DNA from: Eledone cirrhosa
Lineage: Eukaryota
DNA: 64,000 nt
NCBI GenBank assembly: GCA_964016885.1
Contig: OZ024742.1
Span: forward strand, 11,718,001 to 11,782,000
Reading direction: 5' to 3'
Below, piece after piece: positions 56,216 through 64,000 of this stretch. Under the pieces are notes generated by a model. The model saw only the letters and a list, made by a program, of their open reading frames with translations, was not told where the DNA came from and searched no databases. Numbering within the stretch: the first letter of the stretch is position 1; the number at the start of each line of letters is the position of its first letter. The translations under genes and the position numbers were made by a program.

Positions 56216-57304
56216 GGGTGGTGATGGTGGTGGTGGTGGTGGTGGTGGTGGTGGTAATGGTGGTGGTGGTAATGGTGGTGGTGGTAATGTTGGTGGTGGT
56301 GGTGGTGGTGGTGGTAATGGTGGTGGTGGTGGTGGTGGTGGTGGTGGTGGTGGTGGTGGTGGTGGTGGTGGTGGTGGTGGTAATGGTGGTGGTGGTGGTG
56401 GTAGTGGTGATGGTGGTGGTGGTGGTGGTGGTGGTGGTAATGGTGGTAATGTTGGTGGTGGTGGTGGTGGTGGTAATGTTGGTGGTGGTGGTGGTGGTGG
56501 TGGTAATGGTGGTGGTGGTGGTGGTGGTGGTGGTGGTGGTGGTGGTGGTGGTGGTAATGATGGTGGTGGTGGTGGTGGTGGTGGTGGTAATGGTGGTGGT
56601 GGTGGTGGTGGTGGTGGTGGTGGTGGTGGTGGTGGTAATGGTAGTGGTGGTGGTGGTGGTAATGGTGGTGGTGGTGGTGGTCGTGGTGGTGGTGGTAATG
56701 GTGGTGTTTGTGGTGGTCGTGGTGGTGGTAGTGGTAATGGTGGTGGTGGTGGTGGTGGTGGGGATGGTGGTGCTGGTGGTGGTGCTGGTGGTGGTGGTAA
56801 TGGTGGTGGTGGTGGTGGTGGTGGTGGTAATGGTGGTGGTGGTGGTGGTAATGGTGGTGGTTGTGGTGGTCATGGTGGTGGTGGTGGTGGTGGTAGTGGT
56901 GGTGGTGGTAATGGTGATGGTGGTGGTGGTAATGGTGGTGGTTGTGGTGGTCATGGTGGTGGTGGTGGTGGTGGTAGTGGTGGTGGTGGTAATGGTGATG
57001 GTGGTGGTGGTAATGGTGGTGGTGGTGGTGGTAATGGTGGTGTTGGAGGTGGTAATGGTGGTGGTTGTGGTGGTCATGGTGGTGGTGGTGGTGGTGGTAG
57101 TGGTGGTGGTGGTAATGGTGATGGTGGTGGTGGTAATGGTGGTGGTTGTGGTGGTCATGGTGGTGGTGGTGGTGGTGGTAGTGGTGGTGGTGGTAATGGT
57201 GATGGTGGTGGTGGTAATGGTGGTGGTGGTGGTGGTGGTAATGGTGGTGGTGGTGGTGGTAGTGGTAATGGTGGTGGTGGTGGTGGTGGTGGGGATGGTG
57301 GTGC

Positions 57305-57335
<31 letters not shown>

Positions 57336-57552
57336 GGTGGTGGTGGTGGTGGTGGTAATGGTGGTGGTGGTGGTGGTTGTGGTAATGGTGGTGGTGGTGG
57401 TGGTAATGGTGGTGGTGGTGGTGGTGGTGGTGGTAATGGTGGTGGTTGTGGTGGTCATGGTGGTGGTGGTGGTGGTGGTAGTGGTGGTGGTGGTAATGGT
57501 GATGGTGGTGGTGGTAATGGTGGTGGTGGTGGTGGTGGTGGTGGTGGTGGTA

Positions 57553-57584
<32 letters not shown>

Positions 57585-58025
57585 GCTGGTGGTGGTGGTA
57601 ATGGTGGTGGTTGTGGTGGTGGTAGTGGTGTTGGTGGTTTTGGTGGTGGTAGTGGTGTTGGTGGTGGTCGTGGTGGTGGTGGTTCTGGTGATGGTGGTGG
57701 TCGTGGTGGTGGTGGTTATGGTGATGGTGGTGGTGGTGGTTATGGTGATGGTGGTGGTGGTGGTGGTGGTGGTGGTGGTGGTGGTGGTGATGGTGATGGT
57801 GGTGGTGGTTGTTATGGTGATGGTGGTTATGGTGATGGTGGTGGTGGTGGTGGTGGTTATGGTGATGGTGGTGTTGGTACTGTTGATGTTAGGGGTGGTG
57901 GTTTTGGTGTTGGTGGCAGTGGTGGTAGTGATGATGGTGATGGTGATGGTGCTGGTGGTGATGTTTGTGATGCTGGTGGTGCTGTTGGTGCCGGTGGTGG
58001 TTGTGGTGGAGGAGTTGGTGGGGTT
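56216..58025. repeat. Degenerate (GGT)n trinucleotide tract, ~1.8 kb, with internal 81-bp sub-repeats
   Basis: In-phase GGT with AAT/GAT/AGT/TGT/CAT/GCT variants; the tgtggtggtcat motif has CAT at 56871, 56952, 57075, 57156, 57456. Confidence 0.97.
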
Positions 58026-58188
58026 GTACTAACGACAATGCTTATATTGATGGGAGTAGTGGCAGCCCTTCAACCGTGACCCTCCAGTCTACCTCTGATA
58101 AGCAGGGATCTCCAACGTGTATTTTGAGTAAGTTTTGACTGCTATTTCTAGCAGGTCCAGTAATTTAGTAGTCACTCTCTTTGTGTAA

Positions 58189-58260
58189 TACGAGGGTCGC
58201 ACGAAAAGGTCATAGGCTGACTATGAACGAATGATGCTAACACTCTGAAATCTTGCTAGT
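58189..58260 (+). mobile_element. Possible Tc1/mariner-type terminal inverted repeat remnant
   Basis: TA followed by CGAGGG...gaaaaggtcataggctgac resembles the start of mariner-family TIRs as I recall them; no partner end seen in the window. Confidence 0.3.
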
Positions 58261-58430
58261 TGTTCTGTATTGCAGTACTATTACGACTTTGGTGTATTGG
58301 TATTGTCATTACAATAGTGATGATCCCTGATGTAGTAGTTTTAGCAGCAACAGTGGTTGTGGCAGTGTTGGGAACGGTGTTGGTGTTCATAAAGTATTAC
58401 ATATATTTCTAGGGAGTAGTGTGTTGCTTG

Positions 58431-60174
58431 TAATGAGGAGCGGTAGATGGTGTACAGTTGTATGTAGCGCTTGTGGTGTATAATGAGGGGCGGTAGATGG
58501 TGTACAGTTGTATGTAGGGCTTGTGGTGTATAATGAGGGGCGGTAGATGGTGTACAGTTGTATGTAGGGCTTGTGGTGTATAATGAGGGGCGGTAGATGG
58601 TGTACAGTTGTATGTAGGGCTTGTGGTGTATAATGAGGGGCGGTAGATGGTGTACAGTTGTATGTAGGGCTTGTGGTGTATAATGAGGGGCGGTAGATGG
58701 TGTACAGTTGTATGTAGGGCTTGTGGTGTATAATGAGGGGCGGTAGATGGTGTACAGTTGTATGTAGGGCTTGTGGTGTATAATGAGGGGCGGTAGATGG
58801 TGTACAGTTGTATGTAGGGCTTGTGGTGTATAATGAGGGGCGGTAGATGGTGTACAGTTGTATGTAGGGCTTGTGGTATATAATGAGGGGCGGTAGATGG
58901 TGTACTGTTGTATGTAGGGCTTGTGGTGTATAATGAGGGGCGGTAGATGGTGTACAGTTGTATGTAGGGCTTGTGGTGTATAATGAGGGGCGGTAGATGG
59001 TGTACAGTTGTATGTAGGGCTTGTGGTGTATAATGAGGAGCGGTAGATGGTGTACAGTTGTATGTAGCGCTTGTGGTGTATAATGAGGGGCGGTAGATGG
59101 TGTACAGTTGTATGTAGGGCTTGTGGTGTATAATGAGGGGCGGTAGATGGTGTACAGTTGTATGTAGGGCTTGTGGTGTATAATGAGGGGCGGTAGATGG
59201 TGTACAGTTGTATGTAGGGCTTGTGGTGTATAATGAGGGGCGGTAGATGGTGTACAGTTGTATGTAGGGCTTGTGGTGTATAATGAGGGGCGGTAGATGG
59301 TGTACAGTTGTATGTAGGGCTTGTGGTGTATAATGAGGGGCGGTAGATGGTGTACAGTTGTATGTAGGGCTTGTGGTGTATAATGAGGGGCGGTTAATGG
59401 TGCACAGTTATATGTAGGGCTTGTGGTGTATAATGAGGGGCGGTTAATAGTGCACATTTGTATGTAGGGCTTGTGGTGTATAATGAGGGGCGGCTAATGG
59501 TGCACAGTTATATGTAGGGCTTGTGGTGTGTAATGAGGGGCGGTTAGTGGTGCACAGTTTTATGTAGGGCTTGTGGTGTATAATGAGGGGCGGTTAATGG
59601 TGCACAGTTGTATGTAGGGCTTGTGGTGTGTAATGAGGGGCGGCTAATGGTGCACAGTTGTATGTAGGGCTTGTGGTGTGTAATGAGGGGCGGTTAGTGG
59701 TGCACAGTTTTATGTAGGGCTTGTGGTGTATAATGAGGGCCGGTTAATGGTGCACAGTTGTATGTAGGGCTTGTGGTGTGTAATGAGGGGAGGCTAATGG
59801 TGCACAGTTGTATGTAGGGCTTGTGGTGTGTAATGAGGGGCGGTTAGTGGTGCACAGTTTTATGTAGGGCTTGTGGTGTATAATGAGGGGCGGTTAATGG
59901 TGCACAGTTGTATGTAGGGCTTGTGGTGTATAATGAGGGGCGGTTAATGTTGCACAGTTGTATGTAGGGCTTGTGGTGTGTAATGAGGGGCGGTTAATGG
60001 TGTACAGTTGTATGTAGCGCTTGTGGTGTATAATGAGGGGCGGTTAGTGGTGTACAGTTGTATGAAGGGCTTGTGGTGTATAATGAGGGGCGGTAAATGG
60101 TGCACAGTTGTATGTAGGGCTTGTGGTGTGTAATGAGCGGCAGTAAATGGTGTACAGTTGTATGTAGGGCTTGT
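58431..60174. repeat. 50-bp minisatellite, ~35 copies, consensus TAATGAGGGGCGGTAGATGGTGTACAGTTGTATGTAGGGCTTGTGGTGTA
   Basis: Exact 50-bp period with no indels across the array; two sequence subtypes. Confidence 0.99.
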
Positions 60175-60356
60175 CAGGACTTGGTATTGAGGGGGGTACA
60201 GTAGAAGTAGATTTACGTCCTTTGTCCCCTTTCTCGCTCTTTTTCTCCTTTTATGGAAGAAATCAGTTGTATTCAGGGCTGGAGAGTATTTAAAGTAACC
60301 AAACTATTCCGTGTGTCAGAACGACTCCATCATTTGACAACAGAACGTACAGTTAG

Positions 60357-60416
60357 AGGGAAGGTAAAGTCGAATACATCGACCCCAGTACATAACTGCT
60401 ACTTTATTTTATCAAC
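60357..60416 (-). mobile_element. SINE 3' fragment (same family as 60957-61139)
   Basis: aagtcgaatacatcgaccccagtacataactgctactttattttatc is the reverse complement of the gataaaataaagtaccagt...ggtcgat region of the plus-strand copies. Confidence 0.65.
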
Positions 60417-60428
60417 TTCACAACAATG

Positions 60429-60624
60429 ATTTCCGATTTAGGCACAATGTCAACTATTTTGGCGAAAGGGGAAAGTCGATTAAATCGAACACAATGCATT
60501 AGTGGTACTTTATTTTATCGACTCCGTAAAGATGAAAGGCGGGATTTGAAATGAGAACATAAGGGTGTTTACCTAAATGAAATGCCGTGGCAGTCCGATA
60601 CTCTACCGATACTACTCATCCACC
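60429..60624 (-). mobile_element. tRNA-derived SINE, diverged
   Basis: ggcacaa...gtcgattaaatcga...tggtactttattttatcgactccgtaaagatgaaaggc...ggatttgaa...ctctaccgatactactcatccacc is colinear with the reverse complement of 60957-61139. Confidence 0.8.
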
Positions 60625-60634
60625 GATAATTAAA

Positions 60635-60725
60635 AGTAAAGTCGGATTTGAACTCAGAACATACAGAGCCGGAACAAATATTCCTAAACAAACGTCTGGC
60701 GCTCTACCGCTCTGCCTTTCCATCG
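60635..60725 (-). mobile_element. SINE 5' (tRNA-like head) fragment
   Basis: ggatttgaactcag is a reverse-complement B-box; ctctaccgctctgcc is a reverse-complement A-box region. Confidence 0.6.
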
Positions 60726-60741
60726 GCCTTCAGTAAGGTCA

Positions 60742-60941
60742 GTGGATTGGCAGTATAACTAGAATGTCAGACAACACGCTTTATGGCACAAGGTTACACC
60801 CCTATACGATCTGAATTCAAATCCTGTCTAGGTTAGCTTTGCTTTTCATCCTTACGAAGTCGATAAAATAAAGTACCAGTAATACACTAAGGTCGATTTC
60901 TCCTCCCCAAAATTGTTGGCTTTGAGCCCAAATCAGAAACC
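60742..60941 (+). mobile_element. tRNA-derived SINE, diverged
   Basis: gtggattggcag head, gaattcaaatcc degenerate B-box, ctttgcttttcatccttacgaagtcgataaaataaagtaccagt core, ttggctttgagcccaaatcagaaac tail. Confidence 0.82.
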
Positions 60942-60956
60942 AATATTTATACGGAT

Positions 60957-61139
60957 GATGTGGATTGGCAGAATCGGTAGAGGGTCGGACGCCATGCTTT
61001 GCAGCACAGTTACGTCCCTTTACGGACTGAGTTCAAATCCCGTCGAGGTTAACTTTGCCTTTCATCCTTACGGGGTCGATAAAATAAAGTACCAGTAATG
61101 TACTGGGTATTTGCTGGCCTTGTGCCCAAAGTAGAAACA
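60957..61139 (+). mobile_element. tRNA-derived SINE (Octopus-type) with candidate 15-bp target-site duplication
   Basis: A-box-like TGGCAGAATCGG at 60966, B-box GAGTTCAAATCCC at 61029-61041, core ctttgcctttcatccttacggggtcgataaaataaagtaccagt; flanked by AATATTTATACGGAT at 60942-60956 and 61140-61154. Confidence 0.88.
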
Positions 61140-61221
61140 AATATTTATACGGATAATTTAATCGTCTGTCTATAATTCTGAAGACAATCCATATTCAAAT
61201 TTACAGTTTTATCGTATAAAT

Positions 61222-61446
61222 AAAGTGTTTGTATTTTCTCAAATGCACAGGTTTCTTATAGACAAAGTATTTGTATTTTCTCAAATGTACAGGTTTCTTA
61301 TAGACAAAGTATTTGTATTTTCTCAAATGTACAGGTTTCTTATAGACAGAAAGTATTTGTATTTTCTCAAATGTACAGGTTTCTTATAGACAGAAAGTAT
61401 TTGTATTTTCTCAAATGTACAGGTTTCTTATACACAGAAATATTTG
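61222..61446. repeat. 42/44-bp minisatellite, ~5.2 copies
   Basis: aaagtatttgtattttctcaaatgtacaggtttcttatagac(ag) starts at 61222, 61264, 61306, 61350, 61394, with a partial copy at 61438. Confidence 0.96.
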
Positions 61447-61729
61447 ACTCTTCACGATTTTTCGACTGGTCAGGGTAGTTTCCGGCAGTTATAAAAACAC
61501 CGTAGCAACGTCAGCGTACAGAGTTTAATAACTAGTCCGTAAAATTTATGCCATCATTTCCTAAAGAAATTGTGGTGCATGTATATAAATTTAAATATAC
61601 ATATTTATGCTATAGATACAGATTCGTGTCAAGGGAAAGGGTGTGTATAATACAGATGATGTTTATTTGAATATATACACTGATTTATCTACTAGATGGC
61701 ATTTCACTTAAACTTTTTAAACACTCGCT

Positions 61730-62180
61730 AACACATACGCTATACACAAACACATACACACGAACACTGACACTCACACACATATATATATGTGTGTGAG
61801 TGTTGCGGGGTCTGTGTATGTATATATGTGTGTGCGTGTGTGTGTATATATATGTGTGTGTGTATATGTGTGTGCGTGTGTATATATGTGTGTGTATGTA
61901 TATATGTGTGTGTGTATGTATATATGTGTGTGTGTGTATGTATATATGTGTGTGTGTATGTATATATATGTGTGTGTATGTATATATGTGTGTGTGTATG
62001 TATATATGTGTGTGTGTATGTATATATGTGTGTGTGTGTATGTATATATGTGTGTGTATGTATATATGTGTGTGTGTGTATGTATATATATATATATGTG
62101 TGTGTGTGTATGTATATATGTGTGTGTATGTATATATGTGTGTGTGTGTATGTATATATATATATATATGTGTGTGTATG

Positions 62181-62219
<39 letters not shown>

Positions 62220-62220
62220 T
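61730..62220. repeat. Compound (CA)/(TG)n(TA)n microsatellite
   Basis: CA-rich 61730-61785, then repeating tatgtatatatgtgtgtg-like units. Confidence 0.95.
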
Positions 62221-62310
62221 TATGCATGAGCATAAATATTCGTGGGTCTGAATGGTAATTTTCGGACAACTTGATATTTATCTTGGGAAATAAATATACA
62301 GATGTGTGTT

Positions 62311-62635
62311 GAGTGAGAGGGGGGGGGCAGAGGGAGAGAGGGGGGATATGGGGGAGAGGGGGTATATGGGTGGGGAGAGGGGGAGGGGGATATGGAGAGG
62401 GGGAAAGAGAGAGAGAGGAGAGGCGAGGGCGAGAGGGGGAGAGGGAGACAGAGAGAAGGGGGAGGCAGAAGGAAGTAGAAGAAATAGATGGAGGAGAGAG
62501 AAGGAGAAAGAGAAAAAGAGGAGAGAGAAGGAGTGAGAATGAAGAGAGTGGAGGAGAGGAGTAGAGTTGGTGGACAGAGAAAGAAGAGAGATAAGAAGGA
62601 GCGGGGAGAGGTGCGGAGAGGAGGAGAGAGAAGGT
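62311..62635. repeat. Polypurine G/A-rich low-complexity tract
   Basis: Nearly pyrimidine-free on +, with many G4-G9 runs in 62319-62462. Confidence 0.92.
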
Positions 62636-63149
62636 GATAACTATAATCATTTTGTGAGTGTAGTATAGTGTATATATTTCAATATAGGTGTCGCTGGTTT
62701 ATTAAACGATAATTAGCTGGCAGATAGCGTGTGAGAGATATTCTGACAGGCAACTGACATGAACAGCTAGGGGAGACTTTGGATAAGGGATCAGGTGGTG
62801 TTAATGCTGGGAAAGGTAGTAAAATAGCGAGGGACGATATTAGGAAACGTCTAATACGTTCATTGACGTGAGCTTGTCAACACCAGATGTCAGTAAAGAT
62901 AGTAGGATATATCTCTAAAGATATAGCAGTTATATATCTGCAACTAACCAACAGAACACGAATCAACAAGGCAGCCTCCGAGTGGGTGCTCCATCTGCTA
63001 GAAATAGCAGCCAAATCTACATCAAATTACGTCGTCTTAAAGAAAATTTTGAATTCATTGCATACAGCATTTTTTATATTTAATATATTTTCTTTTTGTT
63101 TTTAGTTAGCCATTGAAAGAAGGATACGTTAGTGCATCACAAGATAATA

Positions 63150-63330
63150 ATTGTTTCTACTTTTGGCACAAGGCCAGCAATTACCACATTACTGGTACTT
63201 TATTCTATCGACCCCGTAAAGATGAAAGGCAAAGTAACCTCAACGGGATTTAAACTCAGACCGTAAAGAGACGTAACTAGAAAGCTAGAAAGCAAGGCGT
63301 CCGACCCTCTACTGATACTGCCAATTCACC
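63150..63330 (-). mobile_element. tRNA-derived SINE, close relative of 60957-61139
   Basis: ttgtttctacttttggcacaaggccagcaa...attactggtactttattctatcgaccccgtaaagatgaaaggcaaagt...cgggatttaaactcag...ggcgtccgaccctctactgatactgccaat aligns end to end with the reverse complement. Confidence 0.88.
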
Positions 63331-63511
63331 ATGAATTATTGTGTACAGTGCTTAGGTGCACTACAACACATCAAAGGTGCATGTATATTACATAGAATAA
63401 TGAAGAAATGTGAGGAAAGTGAACATCCACAATTTCAAGCAACATCAACCTCGGCTGTTAGACTTCCAGGTTCCAGTGAGATCAAAGATGGTTTTGATCG
63501 TGGAAAATATT

Positions 63512-63722
63512 GATTTTTAATTTAAGCAGGAGGCCGGCAATTCTTGAGGAAAGGGTAAAGTTGATTAAATCAGCCCACAACTTGTATTATATTTTATAGA
63601 AACCCTGGAAAGATGGAATATAAAGTTGATCTCAATGAGATTTGAACTGGGATTTAAATTAAAGAACCAGGACAAACATACATGATCTGACCTTCTTCCA
63701 GTTCTGCCAATCCACCAATCTA
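63512..63722 (-). mobile_element. Old diverged SINE with candidate 15-bp target-site duplication
   Basis: ggccggcaatt...gttgattaaatc...gaaagatggaatataaagttgatctcaatgagatttgaact...ttctgccaatccacc; flanked by atcgtggaa(a/c)atatt at 63497-63511 and 63723-63737. Confidence 0.7.
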
Positions 63723-63796
63723 ATCGTGGAACATATTACAACCCTTTGATGAATATTTTCCTTCGTTATTTGACCAAGGCAGGCCCATTCTTTTAT

Positions 63797-63964
63797 CACA
63801 GAGAAAGGGTCTTGCTGCGTATCATTTCCAGCTTCGCAGAAGCAGCCCAGCGCTCTGGACTACAAGTAAGCTTAAAGAAGATGGAGATATTCGACCAGCC
63901 TACACCTCCCGAACAGTACCACCATCCCCATACCACCATTGGCGATACTGAACTGAAAACAGTC
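63797..63964 (+). pseudogene. Degenerate LINE ORF2 fragment (C-terminal part of reverse transcriptase, RTE-clade-like)
   Basis: Manual translation gives HRERVLLRIISSFAEAAQRSGLQVSLKKMEIFDQPTPPEQYHHPHTTIGDTELKTV, matching the pattern after the (Y/F)ADD motif of non-LTR RTs (L..I...FAEAA...GL.VSLKKTE...QP........ITIG...LK.V). No intact ADD motif upstream; cut at the 3' side by a SINE fragment. Confidence 0.75.
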
Positions 63965-63967
63965 CCT

Positions 63968-64000
63968 CGGTGGAGGGTCGGACGCCATGCTTTGATGCAA
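63968..64000 (+). mobile_element. 5'-truncated SINE head running off the window edge
   Basis: cggtggagggtcggacgccatgctttg matches cggtagagggtcggacgccatgctttg at 60975-61001. Confidence 0.75.

Noticed and set aside
56040-58079. 679-aa Gly-rich, 618-aa poly-Val and 420-aa poly-Thr ORFs as genes
   Set aside because: Three overlapping frames are open simply because (GGT)n lacks stops; there is no signal peptide, the start lies in a TG microsatellite, and codon-position variation is opposite to protein-level selection.
58387-59457. 356-aa repetitive ORF on the minus strand
   Set aside because: Read-through of a 50-bp (non-multiple-of-3) minisatellite cycling through all three frames; no evidence of coding constraint.
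60913-61098. 61-aa ORF or a tRNA gene
   Set aside because: Lies within a SINE; A/B boxes are present but no cloverleaf can be drawn and the same body recurs in several diverged copies.
61685-62650. HT/YI/VC-repeat and purine-rich ORFs
   Set aside because: Translations of TG/TA microsatellite and GA-rich low-complexity DNA.
62887-63513. 72-aa and 60-aa ORFs as host exons
   Set aside because: No recognisable domain, embedded among repeat fragments, and no supported splice structure; cannot be called from sequence alone.

Overview
Eukaryotic, repeat-dominated, gene-free window; the interspersed tRNA-derived SINEs resemble, from memory, those of Octopus/coleoid genomes (inference). Bases 1-~51585 are one unidirectional array of a 14-bp satellite (consensus AACGTTAATTCCAG, roughly 3,680 monomers) that continues past the left edge. 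It has nested higher-order structure: a 3.3-kb block duplicated at offset 9449, four apparently identical tandem copies of a 1934-bp (138-monomer) unit at ~37252-45003, and smaller tandem duplications. Each monomer reads aTTCc-aGAAc-gTTAa, one base from a three-pentamer heat-shock element, which is the most interesting hypothesis here. The array end is duplicated together with 65 bp of unique flank. The remaining ~12.4 kb holds (TA)n/(TG)n tracts, an AT-rich repeat family forming inverted pairs, two near-perfect palindromes, a 1.8-kb degenerate (GGT)n tract, 50-bp and 42/44-bp minisatellites, a SINE cluster (two copies with candidate 15-bp target-site duplications) and a degenerate RTE-like LINE reverse-transcriptase fragment. 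None of the supplied ORFs is a credible host gene. All comparisons were made by eye.
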